Shown: one piece after another, positions 48,234 through 57,395 of the stretch
Numbering within the stretch: the first letter of the stretch is position 1
Layout of the letters: the number at the start of each line of letters is the position of its first letter
From: Candidatus Multivoradales bacterium
Lineage (GTDB): Bacteria; Acidobacteriota; Thermoanaerobaculia; Multivoradales; JAHEKO01
Direction: 5' to 3'
Assembly: GCA_965248055.1 (NCBI GenBank)
Contig: CBDFIJ010000004.1
Span: 896,001 to 960,000 of the forward strand
Length of the DNA: 64,000 bases
Notes under the pieces: generated by a model
What the model was told of the DNA's origin: nothing
The model's input: only the letters and a program-made list of their open reading frames with translations
Databases searched by the model: none
Made by a program: the position numbers and the translations under genes

Positions 48234-49664
48234 GAGTCAATCCCATTCCTAGTTGAAACAATTCACGGCTCCGGTTGATTTAGGCCGCTCTTGCGGCCAC
48301 TTCCTTGTTTTCGATCTTCAGTTTCCTCATCAAGGCTTCTCGTAGTTGCGGCAAGTGACGGTAGCCCATCACTCGTCTCAGCCGCGGTTCGATATCCAGC
48401 AGTGCGGTGGCCAGCCAGCGTTGCCGTTGGTTGGAATTTTTCCAGTAGTCGATCTTGGCGCAGCGGGCCTCGACAGCTGCATTGATCGACTCAAGACAAT
48501 TGGTAGTTTTAAACGAGCGACCCAGGACCCCGTAGAGTCCTAGTTGATGCAGCGTCAAGGTCTCTTCCAGCCCTTCTCTCAGGCTGGCCGCCGCTGACTG
48601 GTTGCGATCTTCCAGCTCGTGGCGGAGCTCCTCAAGCGCAGTCTTAGCCTCCTCGTATTCTGGTCGGTTGTAAGCTCGCTGCAACCTCTGGCGCCACAGC
48701 GCCTGTTCTCCCTTGGGTAAATAGCTGACCACGTTCTCACGCTTGTGCCACTGGCAGCGTTGCACCAGGGCTCGACCCTTAAACGCCTTGGCAACGGCCG
48801 AGCGTAATCCCTTGCCACCATCAATGATCACCAGCAAGCCCTGGGAAATGTCGAGACCTCGCTCGATGAGTGAGCGCAGAAAGGGCGTCAACACCTTCTC
48901 GTTCTCGGTACCCGTCTCGACAAAGCCCAGGAAGCGTTTATCTCCGCTGGCCGTGATGCCCAAAGCCACTACCATCGTGGTGTCAGCAAACGTCTTACCG
49001 TCCAAGAACAGAGCAACCACATCCTCTCCACCGAGGTCGCGTTGCTGAAACTCTTTGAGCTTGGCTGCGCTGGCCTCAATGAAGCCACGCGAGACCGTCG
49101 AGCTAGACAGCCCGATGGCACCTGGAATCGACTCCGCTGCCGCTTCGTAGTCACGGCATGAGATTCCGTAGAGCACCCGCCTTAGGAGTAGATCGTTGGC
49201 CTCCCGGTCGTTGCCCAGGGCTTCGTAGCTCGAGAGTGGAATCTCTCCCCCTGAAACACTGCGGACCCGAGGCACTTGGATCGGCACTCGTTGGCCAGCA
49301 AGGCCCACCGTGCCGGGGTTACTCCCGTGACGCCGACCTTGTGTTGATGACTCTTTGCGCGCGTATCGCTCCCCTGCTAGAGACGTCACTTCCTGGTTCA
49401 GCAACTCATGGATGTGCATCAAACCTATTGGCACCAAAGAGCGAATTAGATCCACTTTGGTGTCCAGTTCAAGAGCAGCGTAGTGGCTGTGGCTCACGAC
49501 TTCGACCTCACCCAGCTTGCGATTCTTCTTGCGTTTCTTGACTCTATGTAAAACACTCATCTATCGGCTCCTTTTCTCGTTGTGGCTTGATGGCCTCTTG
49601 GAAATTCCATCAAATCACGGGTTGAGGAGCCGTTTCAAATTTCAACTAACTTTAGGACACACTC
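48234..49664 (-). mobile_element. IS256-family insertion sequence (1431 bp)
   Basis: IRs GAGTCAATCCCATTCCTAGTTGAAA and GAGTGTGTCCTAAAGTTAGTTGAAA. 8-bp target duplication GACGAAGA at 48226-48233 and 49665-49672. Confidence 0.92.
48280..49560 (-). CDS. IS256-family transposase
   Basis: FLDG, IIDGGKGL, QRCQWHK, TTNCLESIN. Confidence 0.93.
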   Translation of the reverse strand: MSVLHRVKKRKKNRKLGEVEVVSHSHYAALELDTKVDLIRSLVPIGLMHIHELLNQEVTSLAGERYARKESSTQGRRHGSNPGTVGLAGQRVPIQVPRVRSVSGGEIPLSSYEALGNDREANDLLLRRVLYGISCRDYEAAAESIPGAIGLSSSTVSRGFIEASAAKLKEFQQRDLGGEDVVALFLDGKTFADTTMVVALGITASGDKRFLGFVETGTENEKVLTPFLRSLIERGLDISQGLLVIIDGGKGLRSAVAKAFKGRALVQRCQWHKRENVVSYLPKGEQALWRQRLQRAYNRPEYEEAKTALEELRHELEDRNQSAAASLREGLEETLTLHQLGLYGVLGRSFKTTNCLESINAAVEARCAKIDYWKNSNQRQRWLATALLDIEPRLRRVMGYRHLPQLREALMRKLKIENKEVAARAA

Positions 49665-49866
49665 GACGAAGATGTCCCAGGCCTTGGAAACGCCCTCTGA
49701 TCAACCTCATGCTCATCGACACTCCTCATTGAACGAGTGCCATTTGTTTCTGAACTTATGCAGAAAGAAAGCTCCATCCAGGTCAGCCTTGCCAACTAGG
49801 GGGCTGGTGGCTCGACAGCTACGGTCAAGCCGGATCCAGTGGCAGACCTCGGGATCCGGCGGATTT

Positions 49867-50337
49867 CTAGCTCAAACCACCCAACACTGCACGAATCGCC
49901 TCAAAGTCAGGTAAGTCTGCCGCTGTAGCACCCACCTCGGCGTGTTGCACAACCCCCTGCTTGTCAACGACAAACGCCGACCGCTTGGGGACATTCTTCA
50001 TCCAGGCCAATTCTTCGAAGAGAGAGTCGTACTGAGGGGCCACCTCGTGGTTGAAATCCGACAGCAGCGGAAATGGGAAGCCTTCCGCGGCGACCCAAGC
50101 TTTGAGAGTGGGCACACTGTCGCCAGTGATCCCCAGAATCTGGGCGTTGAGGTCTTGATATTGACCATGGTTGTCGCGCAGCGAACACAGTTCCTCAGTG
50201 CAAATCCCACTGAATGCCAAGGGGAAAAACAGAATTAGCACGTTCTGTTCTCCACGGTAGTCCGACAGGGTGGTCACTTCACCATTCGAGTTGTGCAACG
50301 AAAAATCCGGCGCTGGTGCGCCCACAGAAATATTCAT
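49867..50337 (-). CDS. Peroxiredoxin (AhpE/BCP-like redoxin)
   Basis: GAPAPDF, FFPLAFSGICTEELC, LLSD, RSAFVVD. Confidence 0.9.
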   Translation of the reverse strand: MNISVGAPAPDFSLHNSNGEVTTLSDYRGEQNVLILFFPLAFSGICTEELCSLRDNHGQYQDLNAQILGITGDSVPTLKAWVAAEGFPFPLLSDFNHEVAPQYDSLFEELAWMKNVPKRSAFVVDKQGVVQHAEVGATAADLPDFEAIRAVLGGLS

Positions 50338-50369
50338 ATCTTGTCTCCCGCCACCGATCTTCGGCGGCC

Positions 50370-51221
50370 TCAAACGGAACGGGAAGAAGATTCACTCTTG
50401 CCCCAGGGCTCCAACCACTCCACCATTCCGTCCCCTAGAAAGTTGAGTCCCATTACGGTGACCAGAATCGCCACGCCTGGGAAAATTGTTAGGTGGGGAG
50501 CGTCCAAAAGATGGCCTCGACCGGCACTAATCATAGCACCCCAAGAAGCGGTTGGCGGCTGGATCCCCAGCCCCAAGAACGACAAGCTGGCCTCCGAAAG
50601 AATCGCCGAAGCAAGTCCCAGACTGGCCTGCACCACCAGCAAGGGAATGACGTTGGGAAACACGTGGCGCAGCAAGATCCAAGCCCCGTTGGTGCCCGCC
50701 GCCTTAGCCGCCAAGACAAATTCTTCCTCGCGAAATTTGAGGACCTGACCACGCACCAGTCGGGCGTAGCCCACCCAACCGATCACCACCAAAGCCAGGA
50801 TCAAGTGTTCCAGGGCTGGACCCAAGACTGCCACCAAGGCGATCGCCAGCAAGATTCCGGGAAAGGCTAGGAAGACGTCGCTGATGCGCATCAATACCGC
50901 ATCCACACGGCCTCCGACATAGCCGGCGATGCCGCCGACCAAACAGCCGATCAACGACGCCAGGACCACCACCGAAACTCCGACAATCATCGACACCCGA
51001 GCGCCATAAACCAGACGGGAGAAAACATCTCGCCCCAGTTCATCGCGGCCCAACGGGTTGCTTAAACTGGGTTCATCCAGGCGACTGCCCAGTTCCTGGT
51101 GAAATGGGTCTTCGGGCGCAATCCAGGGAGCCAACAGTGCCGCGGCAAACACCATCAGGACCACCACCGCGGCGATCCACAGTGGCGCCGAAACCTTGGC
51201 TCGATGGTGCTTACTCGCCAT
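50370..51221 (-). CDS. Peptide/nickel ABC transporter permease (DppC-like)
   Basis: LGRDELGRD.FSR, YARLVRGQ, SLSFLGLG. Confidence 0.9.
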   Translation of the reverse strand: MASKHHRAKVSAPLWIAAVVVLMVFAAALLAPWIAPEDPFHQELGSRLDEPSLSNPLGRDELGRDVFSRLVYGARVSMIVGVSVVVLASLIGCLVGGIAGYVGGRVDAVLMRISDVFLAFPGILLAIALVAVLGPALEHLILALVVIGWVGYARLVRGQVLKFREEEFVLAAKAAGTNGAWILLRHVFPNVIPLLVVQASLGLASAILSEASLSFLGLGIQPPTASWGAMISAGRGHLLDAPHLTIFPGVAILVTVMGLNFLGDGMVEWLEPWGKSESSSRSV

Positions 51222-52134
51222 AGCGAATCCTTGGGTCGAGCAGCGCGTAGAGCAAATCGGTGATCAGGTTGACCGCCAGGTAAGTAATCGCCATCAGCAG
51301 GACCCCACCTTGCACCACCGGGTAATCGCGCAGGCGAATCGCCTGGATCAGCAAGCGGCCCAGGCCAGGCCACGAAAAGATGGTTTCGGTGATAATCGCT
51401 CCGGTGAGTAGGGCGCCGGTTTGCAGACCGATCACCGTAACCACCGGAATTAGGGCGTTGGCAAAGGCGTGACGCCAAACCGCCACCGAGTGGGCGACCC
51501 CTTTGGCGCGCGCGGTGATCATGTAGGGCTTGGGAAGTTCCTGCGCCACCGCAGTGCGCACCATCCGGGCCAACAGGCCGGCCAACGCGGTTCCCAGGGT
51601 GATCGAAGGCAGCACCAAATGAGCCAGTCCGCCGCGACCGGAGACCGGGAACCAACCGGCGCGAATCGAAAACAGCAAGATCAAGATCGGGCCGAGCCAA
51701 AAATTGGGGGTCGAGACTCCGAGCAGAGAGATCACGCGGGCCAAGTGATCGACCCAGCGACCCCGATAGATCGCCGCGACAATCCCCAGAGGCACCGCCA
51801 GAAACACCGCCACCAACAGACTCCCAAGAGCCAGTTCCAGGGTCGCCGGATAATGCTCCCAGAGCAGACTGGAGACCGAACGTTGGTAGTGAAACGACTG
51901 CCCAAGATCGCCGCGAACCAGCCCCTTGAGAAAAGACAGGTACTGCACGCCCAAGGGTTGATCCAAGCCCAAGTCGGCGCGCATCGCCTCGACATCCGCC
52001 GCCCGGGCACTCTCCCCCAGCATCATCGCCACCGGATCTCCCGGAATCAAATGGATCAACGAGAACACCGCCGTGGCCACCAACAGTGCCAGCGGAACGA
52101 CCTGCAGAAGTCGACGCAGAGCGTAGCGAGCCAT
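51211..52134 (-). CDS. Peptide/nickel ABC transporter permease (DppB-like)
   Basis: IPGDP, GDLG.S, TARAKG, ETIFSWPGLG, RDYPVVQG. ATG 52134 overlaps the upstream stop. Confidence 0.9.
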   Translation of the reverse strand: MARYALRRLLQVVPLALLVATAVFSLIHLIPGDPVAMMLGESARAADVEAMRADLGLDQPLGVQYLSFLKGLVRGDLGQSFHYQRSVSSLLWEHYPATLELALGSLLVAVFLAVPLGIVAAIYRGRWVDHLARVISLLGVSTPNFWLGPILILLFSIRAGWFPVSGRGGLAHLVLPSITLGTALAGLLARMVRTAVAQELPKPYMITARAKGVAHSVAVWRHAFANALIPVVTVIGLQTGALLTGAIITETIFSWPGLGRLLIQAIRLRDYPVVQGGVLLMAITYLAVNLITDLLYALLDPRIRYGE

Positions 52135-55100
52135 CAGACCCTGATCCCTAGCTTGCGAATCCAATAGGAGAGACCCTGGCGGGTCAACCCCACCGATCTG
52201 GCAGCTTCCGCCTGATTGCCGCCTGTGCGCTTGAGGGCGTCTTCGATCAACTTCCTGCGAAACCGATCGACTTCCACTTGAAAGTCGGTGCGCGGTGGCG
52301 CATCGGGCTGGGAAAACTCCAGATCGTCAGCGGCGATGCGGCCGTCGTCACTTAAAGCCGTGGCCAAGCGCAACACATTCTCCAGTTCTCGGACATTGCC
52401 CGGCCAAGGATGGCGTAGCAACTTGGTCACCGCCTCGCTCTCGAGATGAAACGCCCGATCTTCACGACTCCATTGAGCTAAGAAATGGCGCGCGATCAAG
52501 ATCACATCTTGCCCCCGCTCTCGAAGCGGTGGCAACTCAACCCGGCCGACGTGCAAACGGTAGAAGAGGTCCTGACGAAAGGTTGCGTCGTCAAGCATGC
52601 GGGTCAAGTCACGGTGAGTCGCCGCCACCACCCGGGTATCCACTTTTCGAACTCGGCTCTCCCCCAAACGCATGACTTCCGATTCTTGCAGCAAGCGGAG
52701 AAATCGTCCCTGTGCGTCGAACGGAAGATCCCCAACCTCGTCCAAAAACACTGTTCCACGATTGGCACTCTCGAAGTGTCCAGCGCGGTCCTTCTCGGCG
52801 CCGGTAAACGCTCCTTTGACGTGACCAAACAAATCCGACAGCAGCAGAGACTCCGAGACTGCGGCGCAATTGACCGGCACGAACGGACCTTGGGCGCGTT
52901 GGCTGCGTTGATGCACCCACTTAGCCACCAGTTCCTTTCCGGTACCGGTTTCGCCCAAGATCAAAATTGGCAAATCAGAGCGAGCCAGCCGATCCACTCG
53001 ATCGAGCGCCGCCAACAATGCCGGACTCTCGCCAACAATGCCACCGTGATCTCCGGCGACCCGAGAGACCGTAGCCTGCCGCAGCGAGGTTTCGCGAACG
53101 ACCAAGCCCATCAAAGCTCTGAGCGGCGCGTCAACGTGATCGGCGTCCAAGATCAACCGTCCTGCACCCGCGTCCAAGGTCTGACGCTCTCGGCCTCCCT
53201 GTCCTTCGACCAAGACCCCGGCGTCTGGACCATCCCATTCCAAACGCACATCCCCGTATCCAGTCCCGGAAAAAAGCGCCGCGATATCTCCGCCGGTCTC
53301 GGGATCGAGATACTCCGCGACCGCAGACCAAGCATCGCCGGTATTCCCTTCGACAAATCGAGCCCACAGTTCCAAACCCAATTGGCGAAAACTACGGATC
53401 GCCGACAAGCGCTGGCGTCGCGGCACGTATCCGGGGCTCATCAGTTCCAGATCGCGAATCAACCGAGCAGCTCGAAATCCTCCCAGGCTCCCGATCCGCG
53501 CCCAGGACTCAGTACTAAGCGGAACCCCGGCCAGCGCGCCACTCCACAATTCAAAAGTCTCCCCATCGATCGCTTGTTGGGCTCGATGCCGCTCTCCAGC
53601 CAGCGCCCAAACGGCAGGGATCTCCTCCAGATCGAAGGTCGTGAGTCCCTCTTCTCCGCCGTCACGCAAGCGCTGGGCAGCGTCTTCCGGCCTCCCCATC
53701 AGCCCCAGAGCGCGCGCCGCCCAGGCTTGCAGCACTGGGCGCCGCCATTCGAACGTCTCTTGAACCAAGAACTCGTCAACCACTCGGAGCGCTCGATCAG
53801 AACGACCCCGCGTCAGGTGATAGCGCGCCAGCAATTCGACATCGTGGACCACTGCCCGAAGATTCCCCGCCAACTGATCGGCCTTGGCCGCGGCGTCCAC
53901 CAGTTCGCGGACTCCCTCCACCTTGCCCTGTTTGAGTAGAACCTCCACCAAGTTATAGAGATGTACTGAGGTGGTCAGCGGACCTTCGAAGCCCATTGCC
54001 AACCGGTAGGCGTTCCTGGCGGCCCGCTCCGCCCGCACAGTATCTCCACGGAGCTCAGCTGCCGAGACCAGGTTGGCCCACATGAGGCTGGCTCGCACCG
54101 GGGTCATTTGCCGCCGGAATTGAACCAGGGCACAACCGAACGCCTGTTCGGCCTGCCCCCCTTGGCCAGCGCTCAAAGCTCTCAACCCCTCCGCGTTGTA
54201 CCACTTCCAACCGTGCTGTGGATGGTCTCGCAAAGCAGCACCGGCGGAGACTAGATGTGCTGCACTCTCAGTATCGCCGAAGTCGTAGGCCGAACTTGCC
54301 AAAGAGGCCGTCGCCAGCATGTTCCAAGGCGAACGATCCATTTTTGCCAGCTTGGAGCGCCAACGGTCGACACCCTTCAAATCTCCCAGGTTGAACAGCA
54401 TACGCAGTGCAACATCTCCGACTTTGGTCTGTTGCTGGTCGTTGAGAGTTCGCTTTTCCAACTTGGCCAGTTGCTTTCGCGCCGCTCCCAGACGCTGCAA
54501 TCGGACCAAACAGAGCAACCGAACTACCTCAGCCTCGATCCTCGACACTCGCTGGACAACTTCCACAGCCTGCTCAAACTTCCCGGTCGCCAAAAGACAC
54601 TGGGCAAACAGAACCCGCTGTTCGTCTCCGCGGAATCCACCTACCCGAAACGCGGACACAGCGGCGGCCCACCGGCTATTGCGCGCAAGCTCGGTTGGGT
54701 CCCCGGCACCAGCCCCCGACCAGTCGCGTCGGAGCTCTCCCGCCGCGATCAATGATCGAGGGGTCTCTCCGCCATCCAAATGTCGTTCGACCTGAAGTTG
54801 AAAGGCCATCGGTCCGACGACCCTGGTTTCCCCGCTACCTGCCTCTTCCGCGAATAGCGCGTGGCGGGCGTAGTCGAAATCTGACTTCCACAGGAATGGC
54901 GAGAAGTTGAAGATCTGGCGCAAAATCTCAGTGATCGTCAGCGGCGCCAGTGACTGTTCCCAGGCAACCGCCAAACGCCGAGCACTCCGACGCGCTTCTC
55001 CTCGTCCAGAAATTTCGGACTCGCAGCGAAATAGGGCCAACAGAAAATCACGCAATCGACGATGGGCTGGGAGCGAGTCTCGGCCTGGCTGAGCGACGAG

Positions 55101-55304
55101 TCCAGCCAATGCCCCGGTGGAGACAACGTGTCCTTCTTCCAATCCACCGACCAATTTCCACCCAGCCGCATCCAAGTGCGCCAGCAATCCAGCGGCCTGC
55201 AACACTACGGCGAGCTTGGCGCGATCGGTCAACTCCGCTTCAACGACTCGATCCCCCACCAATTCCCGGAGGCAAGGGTGTTCAAGTCTTGATATCGGGC
55301 TCAC
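52134..55304 (-). CDS. Large sigma-54 enhancer-binding protein (TPR-like N-terminus, AAA+, Fis HTH)
   Basis: GETGTGKE, GAFTGA, FLDEVGD, FRQDLFYRL, WPGNVREL, GNQAEAAR. Probable GTG start at 55304. Confidence 0.88.
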   Translation of the reverse strand: MSPISRLEHPCLRELVGDRVVEAELTDRAKLAVVLQAAGLLAHLDAAGWKLVGGLEEGHVVSTGALAGLVAQPGRDSLPAHRRLRDFLLALFRCESEISGRGEARRSARRLAVAWEQSLAPLTITEILRQIFNFSPFLWKSDFDYARHALFAEEAGSGETRVVGPMAFQLQVERHLDGGETPRSLIAAGELRRDWSGAGAGDPTELARNSRWAAAVSAFRVGGFRGDEQRVLFAQCLLATGKFEQAVEVVQRVSRIEAEVVRLLCLVRLQRLGAARKQLAKLEKRTLNDQQQTKVGDVALRMLFNLGDLKGVDRWRSKLAKMDRSPWNMLATASLASSAYDFGDTESAAHLVSAGAALRDHPQHGWKWYNAEGLRALSAGQGGQAEQAFGCALVQFRRQMTPVRASLMWANLVSAAELRGDTVRAERAARNAYRLAMGFEGPLTTSVHLYNLVEVLLKQGKVEGVRELVDAAAKADQLAGNLRAVVHDVELLARYHLTRGRSDRALRVVDEFLVQETFEWRRPVLQAWAARALGLMGRPEDAAQRLRDGGEEGLTTFDLEEIPAVWALAGERHRAQQAIDGETFELWSGALAGVPLSTESWARIGSLGGFRAARLIRDLELMSPGYVPRRQRLSAIRSFRQLGLELWARFVEGNTGDAWSAVAEYLDPETGGDIAALFSGTGYGDVRLEWDGPDAGVLVEGQGGRERQTLDAGAGRLILDADHVDAPLRALMGLVVRETSLRQATVSRVAGDHGGIVGESPALLAALDRVDRLARSDLPILILGETGTGKELVAKWVHQRSQRAQGPFVPVNCAAVSESLLLSDLFGHVKGAFTGAEKDRAGHFESANRGTVFLDEVGDLPFDAQGRFLRLLQESEVMRLGESRVRKVDTRVVAATHRDLTRMLDDATFRQDLFYRLHVGRVELPPLRERGQDVILIARHFLAQWSREDRAFHLESEAVTKLLRHPWPGNVRELENVLRLATALSDDGRIAADDLEFSQPDAPPRTDFQVEVDRFRRKLIEDALKRTGGNQAEAARSVGLTRQGLSYWIRKLGIRV

Positions 55305-55323
55305 CGTTCTCCACCGAAAAGGA

Positions 55324-56703
55324 CTAAGAAAACAAAGACTGCCAATGTTGCCAGAATTCGCGATAGGACTTGGCCACGACCTCGGGCTGGCGCATGCGGA
55401 TGCCCGGTCGCTTGGCTGCCAGCACCGCCATCGCCATAGCGATGCGGTGATCTTCTTGGGGGTCGACCGCGACCTCAAATTGGGGTACCTCGCCCCGGCT
55501 CCAACTGCCTTCGATCCGCAACCCGTCTTCCCGCTGCTCCACCTGAGCGCCAACCTGGGTCAGTTCTCGAGTTAGTACTTGTAGACGATCACTCTCTTTG
55601 TGGCGCAGGTGGGCCGCCCCGCGAATCACGGTAGTACCGCTAGCAAAGGGTGCCAAGCAAGCCAGGGTGGGCACTTGATCGGGCATATTGCCCAGATCGA
55701 CATCAAGCGCCTGCAGGGCACCGAAACCGCGTACCTTGACCCCACCCTCGGTCCACTCGATTTTGGCTCCCATGCGTTGCAGTAGTTCCAAAAAACCCAG
55801 GTCTCCTTGGCTGCTGGCTCGCTCAACGCCTACCAATTCGACAGTACCACCGGTGAGCGCCGCCGCGGCAGCGGGATAGGCGGCCGAGGACCAATCAGCT
55901 TCGATCGCGGCTTGTTGAGGGGCGTCCAGTCCTGGACGAACAAGATATTCACGCTGGGATGAATCACCATCAGTGTGCTCAAGGCGGGCTCCAAAAAGCC
56001 GCATCCAAGCCACGGTCAAGTCAACATAGGGCTCGGAAACCAGGTTGTCGACCCGGATCGTGGTCGGTGTCGAGGCCCGGGTTGAGGCCCGGGTTGAGGC
56101 ACAGGTCGCTGCCATCAGCAGCGCCGACAAATATTGACTCGAAGTACGGGCGTCGACTTGCAACCCAGACTCCTGCCACGGCCCGCCTTCGATCTCGATC
56201 GGCAGACTCGACGACGCTGACGCTGGACGTATCCGGCAGCCAACGCGGCTCAGTGAGTCGATCAGCTCTTGAATCGGCCGGGCGCCCAGTTGCGCTGATC
56301 CGTGCACAGTCCAGCGGCCCGGGAGGGTGGTCAGCGAAGCCACCAGGAATCGAAATCCAGTGCCTGAAGAACCGCAATCCAAGCTGGCTTGCTCGGGGTA
56401 GCGACGCGGAGGAGTCAGCATCCAGTCTTGGGTCTCGTTCTCTTCTACCGTCCATTCCAGACCGTTTAGGACACTCAAGAAAGCGAGGCTGTCCTGGTCG
56501 TTGGGTGGGCTGGTGATGGTGATCGGAGAGCCAGCCAGCAAGGTAAGATTGAAGATTCTCTGCGCCACACTTTTGGAACCAGGAACCTCCACCCGACCGA
56601 AGACCCTGCCACTGGGCAACACGCCCCGGGGGCCGCTGACCCCAGTGCCGACCCCAGTGCCGGCCCCAGGCTTGCCCCCAGACGCGGTCCCAGAGACTGC
56701 CAT
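55324..56703 (-). CDS. aroA: 3-phosphoshikimate 1-carboxyvinyltransferase
   Basis: PGSKS, SGT..RF, SSQYLSALL, D.SSA, PDQ, KESDR, DHRIAMA. Confidence 0.93.
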   Translation of the reverse strand: MAVSGTASGGKPGAGTGVGTGVSGPRGVLPSGRVFGRVEVPGSKSVAQRIFNLTLLAGSPITITSPPNDQDSLAFLSVLNGLEWTVEENETQDWMLTPPRRYPEQASLDCGSSGTGFRFLVASLTTLPGRWTVHGSAQLGARPIQELIDSLSRVGCRIRPASASSSLPIEIEGGPWQESGLQVDARTSSQYLSALLMAATCASTRASTRASTPTTIRVDNLVSEPYVDLTVAWMRLFGARLEHTDGDSSQREYLVRPGLDAPQQAAIEADWSSAAYPAAAAALTGGTVELVGVERASSQGDLGFLELLQRMGAKIEWTEGGVKVRGFGALQALDVDLGNMPDQVPTLACLAPFASGTTVIRGAAHLRHKESDRLQVLTRELTQVGAQVEQREDGLRIEGSWSRGEVPQFEVAVDPQEDHRIAMAMAVLAAKRPGIRMRQPEVVAKSYREFWQHWQSLFS

Positions 56704-57386
56704 CAGGCCAACCACTCCACCTTGCGGGAATGAAACCAAGCGTCGATCAGCCGCACTTCTCCACCGGCCACTTGTATCGTTGCCGGCTCATGAAAGTGCC
56801 CCATCACCACTAGGTCGATCCCTTCAGCGATTCGTTTCTCACCGAACTGCCGCAGAGCGTCCTCGGGGATCTCCAATCGGTACTTCTGGTTGGTCTTGGC
56901 GATCTCTCGTTCAGCGCTGTCAACCAACCAACGAGCCAGGCGATAGGGCAGGCCCCGCATCATCACACGAACCGGAGCGCTCTTGGAGAATCGACTCCAG
57001 AATATATGCCTCTTATCGGCGGTGTTGATCCGGTCTCCATGCACCGCCAGGACTCGCTGGCCACTGGTGGTGTCAAAGGTCAACTCCAGGGCGAATCGAT
57101 CAAAAGCCTGGCGATAGGCACTGTCGTCGAGGAAAAAATCTCGGTTTCCTTCGACATAGTGAACTCGGATACCCGCAACACGGAGTTGGTTGGCTAGCTC
57201 GATGAAGTCGCGAATGTCTTGGCTTTCGTACTTGGGAGAGCCTACCCAGACGTGAAACAAGTCGCCCAGCAGAAGCAAATCGGTACACCCGGCATCGGGG
57301 AGTGCGCGCAGTTGCCCAAACAGCTCGGCGCCCGCTCCTCCGGGCCCTCCGATATGGGCATCAGCGACAACCGCGATTCGCGACAT
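56703..57386 (-). CDS. UDP-2,3-diacylglucosamine diphosphatase-like metallophosphoesterase (LpxH-like)
   Basis: DAH, LGDLF, GNRD, HGD, GHFH. Confidence 0.8.
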   Translation of the reverse strand: MSRIAVVADAHIGGPGGAGAELFGQLRALPDAGCTDLLLLGDLFHVWVGSPKYESQDIRDFIELANQLRVAGIRVHYVEGNRDFFLDDSAYRQAFDRFALELTFDTTSGQRVLAVHGDRINTADKRHIFWSRFSKSAPVRVMMRGLPYRLARWLVDSAEREIAKTNQKYRLEIPEDALRQFGEKRIAEGIDLVVMGHFHEPATIQVAGGEVRLIDAWFHSRKVEWLA

Positions 57387-57395
57387 TACCAAGTC

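Larger units (their letters stand above)
47240..49762 (-). mobile_element. IS481-family insertion sequence interrupted by IS256
   Basis: Imperfect IRs TGTATGCGTCCATGACATTTGGCAC (47240) and TGCATAAGTTCAGAAACAAATGGCAC (reverse strand from 49762). 5-bp direct repeat GAAAG at 47235-47239 and 49763-49767. Confidence 0.85.

Noticed and set aside
49829-49860. GCCGGATCC/GGATCCGGC hairpin after the peroxiredoxin gene
   Set aside because: No U-tract, so it cannot be called a terminator with confidence.
52485-53939. 484-aa plus-strand ORF
   Set aside because: Antisense to the sigma-54 activator and has no motifs.
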